A DNA stretch of 64,000 bases from Schizochytrium sp. TIO01 (GCA_004764695.1 SMSO01000004.1:930001-994000); one strand, 5' to 3'; shown: positions 1-11,991, counted from the first letter of the stretch. Notes: a model not told the origin generated them from the letters alone. Numbers and translations are program-made.

Positions 1-1009
1 AACAAGTTTAGGTTGAAGAAGAAGTACTCAAACGAGCGGAGTACGCACCTACTTGACCATCAACAGTAGGTACTTATGCAATAATGATTACCTTCTCTTT
101 CTTAGATATTATGCGATATGACAGTATCTCTTCCAACAGGCAAAATTCAGAGTGCTTCTACATGATGCAATTTATCTGTTGTTTAATTATCAGAAGTTGT
201 TAATGGTCTTGCAGATTTAAGAAATGACCTGATATTGGCTACAATTCGAGGCAACTCGCATCGTTGACGGCACAGCTCGAAAACATTTAAGTTTAATAGC
301 AGATGGCTCATCAGCTCGCTCAATTTTTATACTATGAATGAGAACTCCACAATGGAATGACTACTACGAGCAGTTGACTTCTAACTAGAAGTATAAATTT
401 TACCTAAGTAATATCCCTCGCTCACAACCATCTGAAATTTGTAGGTTTGATCAGACATTTCATCAGGGAAGAAAACCACGATTTGATGTGCCAAGCTTCA
501 ATTGATAACTGACGGACGACCTCGAGGTGGATCAGATTGGCGATGGTCTGCGATTCAACTTGAAGTCCTCTTGCAGGCCTCGCGCCCGCCAACACTGGGC
601 GCGTGGCTCCTATTGTTCTTTATGTGCGTGCGTCTCCTTCTCAAAAGTTGGCGCCTGTGCAGACAGTGAATTGTTTAAATTCATATTCTAGAGACTCATT
701 TCTGCAAAACCGATTCAATTTAGTCAACACATAGCCTTTCTTCAAGACGGCGTGTATGACCCCGCGCTGGGAGCACTGTCTTAAAGAGTGCTCGCAAAAT
801 GGGCCGTCCTCTGGCTTGGACGTCAGCAATCATCGCTTTCAAGTTGCGTGTGCACAAGTTGTTTGTGGAACTTCTGCATCTTCCACGTATGGATGAATGA
901 AAAACCTTTTAATCAACCATTATTATGATATCTCCTGCTTTTATAGTATATAAAGCAACAGGGAAAGTTTTTTGCCGTGTCTAAATTTTATTTTCACAAC
1001 TACACTATT

Positions 1010-1042
<33 letters not shown>

Positions 1043-4000
1043 TTAATTAAAACACTAAATAAAATAAAAATAAAGCAAATGGTTCAGAAAGTTAATTATA
1101 AACATCTGAGGCGGCCTATCTTGTTTTAATTAATAAAGAAAGAAAAAAGAAAGAAGGTACTAGCATGATATAGGAATCTATGGTATCCTCTAGAGAGGAG
1201 TAAAGAAGAAAGCTCTTGCATACTTGTCGGACAGCTTTGACGTAATAAGTGTTTGTTTTGGCTTGAGCTTTCACAGAAGCTAACTTCATTAATCCTTTGA
1301 CGCCAAAGTTTCATTCTTGTGTACGGGCAAAAGGCTTCTTATGTTTTCAGTCGTCTATAAATTTAGCCTTTGCCCTCATCCGTTCTTGAATTGGGATAGC
1401 AAACTCCAATTATGATAAGAATTAAAGTCCGTCAACTCATCTAGCTAGAGCTATATCTTATTTAGTGTCCTGATTCCCAACAACGCTTGTCATGATATTA
1501 TAGTAGTAGAATAGCAGTTCCTTGTGCCTGTTCTCCATCTTTATTTCTTCCGAATCCTGTCGTTGCGATATACCTTTTCTGTTCTTTACTCCGAACTCTG
1601 TTGTTTTGGTCCAACTTATATTTCCCTCATCTTAATGCGCGTTCGCAGTCAGAGCCGAGAGAGTCGGGCATGTTGCAAGCCTCTCCGGCTCGCTTGTGCC
1701 CGCTGCCTGGCTCGCTGTGCAACCTTGCTACTCCAAGAAGGTTCTTCATATGCCAACCTCAAATCTCGGGCTTACCTTGATTTTCTGTGCGCCGTATTTG
1801 CTGGTGATGAGCGACCTTGAGAATGAATTTGGTCATTACGGTAATATACAATGGCAATGAAATGATGATTAAGGTCAAGGCCACTGTAGGGATAATGGCC
1901 CGAGCTTCAAATGACCCCCTTTTATTTTGTGCATGCTGCTGGTGTCTCGAGGTTCACATGTACCATTGGTTCACGTCCCGCATGCTGAAATGCTCAAAAG
2001 AGCTCAACCCGAGCTCATGGCAACCTTTCTTAAATGTACTCATACTCTGGAATTCACTTTCCTGAGTAACAACGGACACACGAATTTGTAGTGTGGTGGC
2101 CAACTAAACATCACTCGCAAGGGCAGAATTGCACGAAAGCGGTGCTTTGTTACCGCAAGGGAAGGCCTCGGTTTAGAGAGAACCTTGCATCAAACGTATT
2201 GACGTCACAACTTAGAGCTTTTTTTAGGGCTGTCTTGTTTACTGTTTGTTTCTGTAAAGCGCAAGGTATGCCTCTAAATTGAACCGAGGAAGCTGGAGGA
2301 ACAATATAGACAATTGAGAAGCTTTGCATCTCTCATTGCTGCATCAAAGAAGTGAGAATAAGTTTATTTTAAATGAAATAAAAGATCGAGTGTTAATGTA
2401 GCATTCATACCTTTAAAGACGCATATGTAAGACAAAAATTGTCTGTGTGACTGTTTGCTAGAAGCTTATCTCAACATAGCGCAAGTTTTAATCATATCAT
2501 CAATGCCCCAGATTTCTTCAATGATATATTCGAGCACAACATTCTTATAAGAGAATTTTGTTTTGATGTTCAACAGCGTCTACGTCTCTCTGAAGCTAAA
2601 CTGACCTTTTTGTGCTGACAGCATTGAGCCATTGCACAAGATATCCAGCGCTCTCCATCATGTTAATGCTAGAACAGGAATTCAATTGGCCCAGGTCCCT
2701 TTGAATGTTTCACTTTCCATGTAAACTCGGCTGGCAACTTTCCTACCAACGTGCTGTCTCACATGTGTAAAAGCCAATGAGAGCACTAATTCCGTACCCA
2801 GGGCACTCAAAGAGCAGCAGATTTTTTTTTCTCAACTTTGCAACATCATTGTAGGTACCTACGTAGCCGTCGGGGGCTTACAATTGATCGGGACGAATGC
2901 AGCAGATTTTATGGTCCTTCCATCCCTTTACAAGTTCTATTTCTCTAAATCCGATAAGTTCTGGAGGTACTTACTTTAGTCACAGTAACTTTGAACGGTC
3001 AAAACATGGACCATGTTGATCATTAGCATTTTGCCAGAGCCCATAATATTTAACTGATGCGTGGTTTGTTGTGTCTCAAGTTCTACAAGTCTCTCTGTCT
3101 GTCTATCTAGCGAGGATAAAATAACTCATCACGCTATTATCCAAAAGGTGTATACTTTTTGTAATTAATTAAAATAAGTTAGATCTAAAAATAAATAATA
3201 ATAAAAGAATACTTTTTTTGTATGCTTTCAAAAAAGCTTCTTTCTCGATACTTGCTACTACCCAGAGCCGGGCTGATGGTAGCCTTTGAAAGGCGCCACA
3301 AGCGCACACTCTGTGGCGGGCTGCTGCAAGTGGGTTAAACCAGAGACCAAACTGGGCTTTGCGTAAGCACCAAAGTAGATTATAGTCCACAAGTGGCGCA
3401 CACCCCATCCCCTCTCTTGAGCAGCCCACCTCCTTCTATTTCTTATAGATTCTTTGAGGTTGTTGTTATTGTATTATATCTACATGTAAAGCCTATGTAG
3501 GCCTATGTATTTTTATTTTGAACAAATCAATGCAAGTACCTAGCTTCTTGTAAAGAGGTCGTTCATTCGTTCTTTACGCACTTTTGATGAATTACTGCAG
3601 TGAGAACCTAATACCAGCGCTATGCCCTACCAATAATAAGGCTAAAGTATCATGGAATGTAGCGGCCTGAGGGACAGACCGAGCGAGGGTCTCTTAGCGC
3701 CCAACTCCGACATCCACCCCTCATTCTATTTACGAAACTTCTACTTTAATATGAAAAAGATCCTATAGTTGAGCTATGAATTATTAGCCGCACGTACCTG
3801 TAAACTGCTACTACAGAAAACGAAAAGAATAGGTGGCAACACTCCCTCACTCGAAGTCACACTCCTTGGAGGGCTTTCCAAGTTCAATTGTAAAAGTCCA
3901 ACCTGAACTTTAAGGTTGCATATTGAAATACTGACGTGTTGAATTCAATCTGTACTAGCTACCCACTTTCATATATGCCGAAGAGTTCAGAAAAGCAAAG

Positions 4001-4468
4001 TACGAAGGAAAGGGCCTCGAAAGAAGAATTCACTCACCCACATTCTCACTCACTCGCTCTTTTTCTTTCTATCTCTCTCACTGACGCACACACTCTAAAT
4101 GAAGAGTTTTTCATCATTGTTTCCTTTTCAACATTTTCATATAAAATTTAAGGTTGAGGTAAAACAAAATAAAACAAAATAAAATATCGATAAACAAGAA
4201 CAAAACAGGAGTCAATCGCGCAGGATTCTTCGCCCCTCGTGCTGACCAGGCATACATCAATCAACCAATCCAACAGCGACGCTGGCTTAGAACGAGTCTC
4301 TCCCGCATTTGGCCAACGCTGCGCCGGTCTTCTTTCTCTTCCTGCGGCAGCTTTGCAGTCTCCCGGAGGCGCGTCGAGTCCAACTCGGCTCATTCAGTCA
4401 CTCATTCACTCACTCACTCAACTTTCTTCCTCTCGTTCTTTCCTATAGTTTTCTTAGGGAGATCAATA

Positions 4469-4548
4469 GTAAGTGCACGAGCGAGTGAGTGAGTGAGCGG
4501 CACGTGCTTGCACAACAGCATACTAAGTATTTCTTAGTTCATAAACAG
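4469..4548 (+). other. Putative 5'-UTR intron of the PH-LIM gene
   Basis: GTAAGT at 4469, TACTAAG branch-like site at 4521, AG acceptor at 4537 or 4548. TCAYT Inr-like repeats at 4390-4420. No ATG from 4102 to 4831. Confidence 0.4.
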
Positions 4549-4831
4549 CTGCCCTCGAAGCAAACATCTTAATTTTGTCGAGGCAAGCGTGCGCCTTGCG
4601 TTTGCTTTGCCTGGAGGGCAGCAGAAGCCAAAGGCCACCTCGGTCGTGACTCGGTCTCTGCCCTGAGGCTGGCTGGGCCTAGACCGAGCACCTAGGGCTT
4701 TCGATCGTTAACGACTCACGCTCGTACGCACGTACACACGCACGCGCTGCAAACCTTGTTCACTGTTTCGTTGCTATTGCTCCTGCTGCCTGCCACCGCT
4801 GCTGCTGCTGCTGTGAGCAGGGGAAAACATT

Positions 4832-7336
4832 ATGGGTGACGTAGACGTCCTGCATGAAGGCACGCTCGAGGTGCTCCTCCCAGAGGAAGGGTGGACCACA
4901 AGATTTCTAGAAGTCCTTCCGGGCAGATTGCAATGGTACAAAGCCGAAAGAGAGCCCTCTGAGGACGAGGACGACTCCGTGGAGGAGGATGATTCCAGAG
5001 GCGAGGTATCGGGCGAGGTCCACCTAGATGAACGTACTGATATCCGCGCGATGAGATTTGGCCTCAAGAAATTTATGTTTGAGCTTACCTCTGGAGATCT
5101 TGAGCTTAAACTTGCAGCGTCCGGAGAGGCTGAGAAACTTGATTGGATTCAGGCACTCGAAGCTGGCGCAGGTCTGGAAGACACTATGCAGCAACACAAG
5201 CACATTGCCTCGGCTCGAGCTCCAAGCTTTGTGGACCTCCAGAAACGCTTTACAGTTAACCCGATGAGCCTTGGGGCCGCCAGCGATAACCTGGAAGCCA
5301 TCATCAGTAGTATTGGAACTAAATCTTCGAAGAAGCGCGAGAGCAAACGTAAAAGTAAACGTCGCAGCCAGCGAGAGAAGGAGGAGGCAGCTGCTGATGC
5401 TGCTGCTGCAGAGCTTGCCACTGCCACTGAAGCGGACTCCGAGGATGCTCCCAAGGATTCCGAAGAAGATATTGAAGTGAATCAGGAAGCTCCCGACTCA
5501 CCCGTGACACCTTCGAGCTTAACCAAGGGCTCCAGCTGGATTAAAAAGAACACACTCGATGTTCAGCCTGCCGCCTCAGTAGCTCAAATGACAGCTGCAG
5601 AACGGATCCAGGAAAAACTTCAGGGTAATGTAAGTTTTGCCACCACCAAGCCCACTTGCGCAGTATGTGGCAAGCGCGTCTATGGTATCGAGGCCATCAC
5701 CGTCAATGGCAGAAAAATGCACAAGACATGTTTCACTTGCAGTGTATGTGGTACTCGGCTCAACCCTTTAAACTATTCCCAGATCGGTGACGCTCTCTAC
5801 TGCAGAGAACATTACCTTGCAGAACTAAGGAGTAAGCGCTCTGAGCAAGCTGCAAACTCCCGCAACTCCGCCATGCGAAACTCTGCTATGCGTAACTCCG
5901 CCATGCGCAACTCTGCTTTGCGTGCATCTGCTCTACGTGCATCCGCTGCTCGCAACTCTGCTGCTCGTTCGTCAGCTGGCCGGACCTCGACTCGTAGAAA
6001 GTCACTGAAGGAGAAAGCCAACAGCGTGTTCCGCCGCATGTCTCGCTCTCGTGACACGAGTAAGCCTCTAGAGACCATGGAACCGCTTCCTGAGGAATCT
6101 GATGTTGAACCCGAGGTACTTGCAACTACGAAGGAGGAGGAGGAGGACATTACTTCGGACCACGATGATGCCGTTGCTGCTGACAGTGACAGCAATGAAA
6201 AAGTTAGCACCGCTGATGACTCTGACGAAGATGATGACAAGAAAGATCACAGCGATTCCGAAGATGATGACGACGACGATAAGAAAAAAGCAAATTCTGC
6301 TACCGTCAGTGATGACGACGACATTGACAATGACAAAGAGAAGGCCACGGATAGCGACGACGAATCTGATCATGCAAAATCTGATGATGAGGACGACAAA
6401 AAGCAATACGTTTCTGATGAAGATGATAAAGCGGAAAATGACAGTGAGATTGATAAAGCAGACGAAGACAGCGATGCTGAGAAGGAAGAGGAAGAACCTG
6501 TTCCTGAGCCAAAACGTGTATCACTCGCAAAGAAACCCGGCCGGCTCAGCAACTCTCGGCTTGCATCTGTGCGCATTATCAGTTTCCGTGCACCTTCGTT
6601 AAAGCGCGAGTCATCCCGCAGAGCTGAAGAGGATGATGCGGAAGAGGAAGACCACGATGCCGGCAGTGATGAAGAGGATAACGATGTCTCAGTTCCGGTG
6701 TCTCGCCCTACACCGCGCTCTGTTCAGCGTGACTTCTATGACGCTTCAGAAGATGACGAAGAGAGCTCTCCTCCTATGGAGCATTTGGCTTTGCATAGAC
6801 CTATGGTGCGTCGTCCGAACCGCCGCCGTCCACCTACTGCTGTGGCTATGGCAAGTGAGACAAATATGACTCCTACGAAAAATAAGCAGGCCCGAATGGT
6901 GAGCGGTTTAACCTTTTTACTTGATGACGGCCATGGCAATGTTATCACCATGTACACTGCATCTGCTTCTGAAAGAGATCAGTGGGTCCAGCGCTTGGCA
7001 AGCGCTCTTTATGTCCAGGAGCTCCAAGTGAAGCTTGTCAAGGCTCAGCGCAAGGACATGCTCAGTTCTCTTCAAGCCAAGGCCGATCTCGACAATTACC
7101 AAAAGTCAGCTGAGCTCGACTACGAAGGATTTGTAGAAGTTCTCACTGGTGGAGTGATGGCGAAGGCTACGGGCAAGTCACTGAGCTGGAAGAAGCGTTA
7201 CTGTGTTCTCAACCGTGATAGCTTTTGCATTTACACTTCTGATGCCAAAGGCAAGAAGCCAAGCAAGACTGTTAGGTTCAACCCGGACTGTACAGTGCTC
7301 GATGTGCACCACCGTATCTTGCGCCCTATTCTGTAA
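4832..7336 (+). CDS. PH + LIM domain protein with acidic low-complexity region, CPI-like motif and a second split/permuted PH domain (probable actin cytoskeleton adaptor)
   Basis: 834-aa ORF. N-terminal PH domain (HEGTLEV..WTTRFLEV..LQWYK..FELT..LAASGEAEKLDWIQAL). LIM domain CAVC-x16-HKTCFTCSVC...CREH. D/E-rich tract. C-terminal PH fragments. Confidence 0.9.
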   Translation: MGDVDVLHEGTLEVLLPEEGWTTRFLEVLPGRLQWYKAEREPSEDEDDSVEEDDSRGEVSGEVHLDERTDIRAMRFGLKKFMFELTSGDLELKLAASGEAEKLDWIQALEAGAGLEDTMQQHKHIASARAPSFVDLQKRFTVNPMSLGAASDNLEAIISSIGTKSSKKRESKRKSKRRSQREKEEAAADAAAAELATATEADSEDAPKDSEEDIEVNQEAPDSPVTPSSLTKGSSWIKKNTLDVQPAASVAQMTAAERIQEKLQGNVSFATTKPTCAVCGKRVYGIEAITVNGRKMHKTCFTCSVCGTRLNPLNYSQIGDALYCREHYLAELRSKRSEQAANSRNSAMRNSAMRNSAMRNSALRASALRASAARNSAARSSAGRTSTRRKSLKEKANSVFRRMSRSRDTSKPLETMEPLPEESDVEPEVLATTKEEEEDITSDHDDAVAADSDSNEKVSTADDSDEDDDKKDHSDSEDDDDDDKKKANSATVSDDDDIDNDKEKATDSDDESDHAKSDDEDDKKQYVSDEDDKAENDSEIDKADEDSDAEKEEEEPVPEPKRVSLAKKPGRLSNSRLASVRIISFRAPSLKRESSRRAEEDDAEEEDHDAGSDEEDNDVSVPVSRPTPRSVQRDFYDASEDDEESSPPMEHLALHRPMVRRPNRRRPPTAVAMASETNMTPTKNKQARMVSGLTFLLDDGHGNVITMYTASASERDQWVQRLASALYVQELQVKLVKAQRKDMLSSLQAKADLDNYQKSAELDYEGFVEVLTGGVMAKATGKSLSWKKRYCVLNRDSFCIYTSDAKGKKPSKTVRFNPDCTVLDVHHRILRPIL
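5861..5980 (+). repeat. Coding 15-bp tandem repeat (R-N/A/S-S-A-x) x8
   Basis: RNSAM RNSAM RNSAM RNSAL RASAL RASAA RNSAA RSSAG; unit cgcaactccgccatg. Confidence 0.9.
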
Positions 7337-8000
7337 TCTGGTACGGTCCTTTGTGAATTATCTTCTTCACAATTGCTTCTTCTCTTCCACATTTCCTTCT
7401 TCTCTTTTATTTTCCTTCTGTTCTTATCGTTTCCTCCCTCTTCATTTCCTTTCACTCTTCAAACATCTGTGACCATCATTTTATTCGTTTTTCTTAACCC
7501 TCGCATTGTTTGTTTTTTAAGAGAAAAGAAGAGCCCAATACCCTTCTCTAGATGGATCTTTTGATTGTTTGTTTCTTTGTGTGTGACCACGGAGTAGCAA
7601 CTATACTATCTCCATTGAATTTATTGTTTGTGTTAGCTTGTCTCTCCCCTTTTCCAAGATAGAAAGTAATTATCTCATGTCCTTCATTTGCAGAAGTAAC
7701 CTGTTCTTGGATTGAAAGAATTCTAGATTGATAGAAACAAGTCTACTGTGCCACACCTTGAAAATAGAACAGGAATAATATGTGTAAATCAGTCTTTTTA
7801 ACTACATCGTTTATTGTTATACCTTTCCTAGATGAAAAGATCAAATTAATAACAGATTCCGCAGGAGGTTGTTTGCAGCCTACGCCTGATATGCACATAT
7901 TGAATGCGCATAATCGCTGTACTTATAGAACCCTATTAGTTTTTTTTGATTGTGTGAAGAATTGAAGTAACACCAGAGAAGAGCAAGCTCCGAACTACGG

Positions 8001-9890
8001 TTACTCATACTTCTTTTTCCCCTTGGTGCCATTACCCCGGAACTTGGTTGCACCCTTGCGCGGACGAAACTCTTTTGGGGGAGGTGCTTCGGGCGACTTA
8101 ATAGCACTGTATGGGTTGGCAATCTTTACACGCTCCTTAGGCGGAAGCACAGAGGAGAGCAACATATCTGCAAGTCGGTGGTCATGATGAGTCTCCTTGA
8201 CAAGCAGAGAGACAAGTCCCTGTGAACCAAGGCCACGGGCAGTTCGACCGATACGGTGCACAAAGTCAGAAATACTAGAGGGAAGATCAAACATGATCAC
8301 ATGATCCACGTTGAAGTCAAGCCCACGAGCTGCCAAATCAGTACATAGAAGGACCTTGTGGTGCACAGAGGTCGAGTAAGAGGGAGGCGGGCGATTGAAA
8401 CCTTCCCATTGACTAGCACGCATTTCAGGGGGCATGCCACCGTGTAAGCTAAAAACTGAAAAGTTAGATTCTTCTTGTTCATTTTCGAGAAAGTATGCAG
8501 TCGAACGGCAGCTTGACAAAGAGTTGCAAAAGATGACAGTGCGGGTCTCCTTGCGATCTGAATTCTGCATCACATCCTTGCTTTCGATATACGATTGGAT
8601 AGCACTATTCAAAGAAGAGTGTTTACTATGCTCAGGGCAAGATACCATTTCGAAACGAAGGTTGGGGCTCAAAGCTCCAAAACGGGCAGACTTAATGACG
8701 TGTAATTTTCCTTGCAAGGCAGCTGCACAAGACTCCATCCACTCCATGGAGACCTTCGTTGCATCATCGCGGCCGTACGCAGACTTTCGCTTCATCGCAG
8801 ATTCACCCCCAGAGGTGGAGACCACGGTTGCTCCAGCGAAAACAATCATGCGAAGGTCACCCTTCTCTGCAAGGAGACTAATTAAAGTGGCAAGTTCATT
8901 GCGGAAATCTTCATCTGCAAAAACAGTATCAGCCTCGTCGATGACAAGATATCTCACATCACCTAGGAAAAGACGTCTTTGATCCCAAAGAAAACGCGCA
9001 CGATTAGGTGTCGTCACAACAAGATCAACGGCTTGTTTTTCCCGTAACTTTTGAACATCCTGCCTAGGACCTCCAGTGAACGATGCCGTGCGAAGCTTGG
9101 CAACATGGGAGATGGTCTTGGCGACTACTCCCAGTTGATCACTGAGCTCACGCGTCGGTGAAATTACCATAGCACGGGGACGAGCAATTTTGGTCGTAAT
9201 TCCTAATGACTCCTCGTCAATTTTGAGGCGATGAGCTATAGGGGCCATAAATGCAAGGGTCTTGCCAGAACCCGTTTCAGATGCGATTGCAACACACGGG
9301 ATATGGCGAATGCTATTCTCGTTTTCTGGAGTACCCAATTCATCACTTTTACGTGCAAGATCAAGAATCATTGGAATGGCCTTCTCTTGAATTGATGTTG
9401 GTTCTCGAATACGCATGTTTATCAGTGAGTCAACAATCTTCGGCGAGAGCCCGAGCTCGCCAAAGAGTCTACGCACGACTTTTTCTGTTGAATTATCAAG
9501 CTCGGGACGATTGCCGTATTGAACCCAGTCGCTAATGTCTGGGGCAACGCTCTTAACCATGTTTTTGGCACGTCGAGGATCTTTCGAGAATCGAGGATCT
9601 TTCGGAGATCGTGAGAAACGCCTTCCCGAGGATCGATTTCCCGATTGCTTAGCAGTTCGATTAGTCTCGTTTGAGTTTGAATCTCCATCAACGTTGTTCG
9701 CACTATTCGAACTGCTCTTAAAGCTTGTGCTCTTGTCTTCTGTGGTCGTGGTGAGACTTGCATTTGCCACCCTCACAGCGTTGTTCCGCGGAAACACTGC
9801 ATCTGTGTAGCGGCTAGAGGTCAAGAAAATTGGCTGGGCGCGATTACTCACACGCCAGGTGCCCTTGAGGGATCCGAGTGCTGACAGCAT
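8001..9890 (-). CDS. DEAD-box RNA helicase, RH39/DDX28-like, probably mitochondrial
   Basis: Q motif PTSIQ, SETGSGKT, PTREL, DEAD, GAT (motif III variant), ARGLD, HRIGRTAR. First ATG at 9890 gives an R/S-rich transit-peptide-like N-terminus (the ORF track start is a TTG). Confidence 0.92.
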   Translation of the reverse strand: MLSALGSLKGTWRVSNRAQPIFLTSSRYTDAVFPRNNAVRVANASLTTTTEDKSTSFKSSSNSANNVDGDSNSNETNRTAKQSGNRSSGRRFSRSPKDPRFSKDPRRAKNMVKSVAPDISDWVQYGNRPELDNSTEKVVRRLFGELGLSPKIVDSLINMRIREPTSIQEKAIPMILDLARKSDELGTPENENSIRHIPCVAIASETGSGKTLAFMAPIAHRLKIDEESLGITTKIARPRAMVISPTRELSDQLGVVAKTISHVAKLRTASFTGGPRQDVQKLREKQAVDLVVTTPNRARFLWDQRRLFLGDVRYLVIDEADTVFADEDFRNELATLISLLAEKGDLRMIVFAGATVVSTSGGESAMKRKSAYGRDDATKVSMEWMESCAAALQGKLHVIKSARFGALSPNLRFEMVSCPEHSKHSSLNSAIQSYIESKDVMQNSDRKETRTVIFCNSLSSCRSTAYFLENEQEESNFSVFSLHGGMPPEMRASQWEGFNRPPPSYSTSVHHKVLLCTDLAARGLDFNVDHVIMFDLPSSISDFVHRIGRTARGLGSQGLVSLLVKETHHDHRLADMLLSSVLPPKERVKIANPYSAIKSPEAPPPKEFRPRKGATKFRGNGTKGKKKYE

Positions 9891-10732
9891 GATGATGCTG
9901 CGACCTTCGGTTCTGCAGCTAGTTACTTGAGCGCACAAAGAACTTGTGCTGTTTTTTTTGTGTTTTTTTTAAAAATGACTGGTTGCGCCAGCGAGCGAAT
10001 AAGGCTCGCTGGAGGACAATATAGTCATATTTGCAACTTTCTCTGAAACAAGTATTCTCTCTCGAAAGGAGTTCGGTGAACCAAAAGCGGGTTTTAGACG
10101 AAAGTAGAACTTTAGAAAAGTAGTTATGACAAAACTATCTTTTTTAAAATCGATAGCAGTTATTGTGCATATTGGTAATGACTCATCTTGCTAACAGACA
10201 TGCATTATAATAGTATTGCAAACTTCTAAAAGCAGCACAGGCTTGATGTTGCTAGTAAAATGTCACGAGCACATGTCTCATGCAAAGGTTATCTAACAAA
10301 ATTAATTGAACTTATCAGACACATCTTGTCTATTGAGACTGATAGGCCTGGTGGGAATTGTGAATGTGTAATGTTGTAGTCATCCAACCTCTGCGAAATA
10401 ACTTTTAATAGTTACAATTGCAAGCTGTATAAACAGGAAAACGCATGGAATCATGTTTAAGAGAATATATAATCTCCAAGACACCCCCAGATTAAGTTAG
10501 ATCATTGTGAATCGGTAGAGGTACGAAGACTACCTTTTAAGATCAGAAAATTTGATATGGATGAACCTTGGTGAATCAGCAGGGTGCTGTTCAAAGTGGC
10601 TCTTGGAGAACATACAAGACGAGAGATTTTGATAAAGACTTTTTGATTTTAGCAATCAAGCAAAACTAATTCAAGAAGTCAACGCCACTAAAAATATTTC
10701 GTGTTCAACAATCTAGTACATATAGTCATAAT

Positions 10733-11032
10733 TTATTCCGATTCCTCTTCAGGTTTGTAGCGGCGTTCCTGAAGACGTGATTGACGTTCATTCATAAGCT
10801 TGATCGACTCAAGCATCTGGTTGCGTTTAATGTGATAGTCATACCGACAGCCCGCGAAGGATATCACAGAAACCACACAGAGCATCTTAATACCCCAGTC
10901 AACAGCAGACAATGTGCTGCGAGTGCCGTAGAACCTGTGGCCAGCCATAACTACACCAGACGCAATGCCCAAATATGTGGACTCCCGGGCACACGGAATG
11001 TCCCAAAGCGCTTGCGAGCGTCCTCCCGACAT
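10733..11032 (-). CDS. COX20: Cytochrome c oxidase assembly factor COX20 (FAM36A)
   Basis: 99 aa; IPCARES..LG motif, two hydrophobic segments, then C-R-Y and a charged tail, as in the COX20 family. Confidence 0.75.
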   Translation of the reverse strand: MSGGRSQALWDIPCARESTYLGIASGVVMAGHRFYGTRSTLSAVDWGIKMLCVVSVISFAGCRYDYHIKRNQMLESIKLMNERQSRLQERRYKPEEESE

Positions 11033-11991
11033 CTTGGCGTATCTATCTATAGATGAACCTCCTTTATATATGCACTAAATCTGTCCACCTCGCGAACCTT
11101 CGACTTCAGCACGTCTCCTGACTTACAGTACGTTTGCGCACAAAATTTTCCAGTACGTCCGTTCTCAGAATTCACCGCCAGGGCTGTCGCGAATTGCGCA
11201 CAGTAGAGCTAAGGAGCAGTGCTGTGCTCTGCAGCGCCGTCGATTTTAATGTTACCAAGCCTGCAAAACTCTCAGAGGTTTCCTTTCACCGCTGTCAGCG
11301 TCGCTAGTAGTCTAAGCCCTACGTCTTCTCCGTCGACGCAAAGTTCCTTCCCTACCCAAGACCTTGGCTCGTTCCCAAGACCGAGCTTTGGTTTGGGCCA
11401 CGGAAGGCTTGAAAGGCAGCGATAAAAAGTCGCTTTTCCTGAAAAAGGTGAGTGAGAAAGGCAAGGGAGTAACTAGGTACTATTAGTAGAGAGAAATCAG
11501 ACGTCGTCGTGAAAACAAACCAAGACGAGCAAAAGAGCAAACGCACTGAGGGAGAAAGCAGGTACTACGGTACCTTGACAGCCCTATCCCAGAGAAGATT
11601 TTTCATGCACATCTTCAAGATTTAAGGGCTTTGTAAATCAGCTCCTTTGAACACTCGTTCTTTCACTCCTTCAATACTGGCATAGTAGCTACCTATTGTT
11701 TACTACGAATTGTGCTTTATTCTAACGACGTTGAGAGAATTGAGGAGACAGCTCTTGAGAGACGTCAGCTGCAACAAACTTGCTTCGCAAGCGCCTGCAT
11801 GCCCTGCCACGCTCGCAGGTAGATTAGTCTGCGCTGAGATCATAGATTTGCCCTGCGCAGAATTGTCATTCTTGGAGATTACTATTATCCTCGAAGTTGG
11901 TGAATCTGCGATACCGGCAAGGGTAGCTTTGGGGTGGACCTACTGCGACTTGAGAGACCTTTGGAGGTAAACTTCGGAAAGATTCAAGGTC

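Noticed and set aside
1-3900. Short ORFs and coding-like patches at the window start
   Set aside because: No recognisable motifs or consistent frame; cannot support a gene or TE call.
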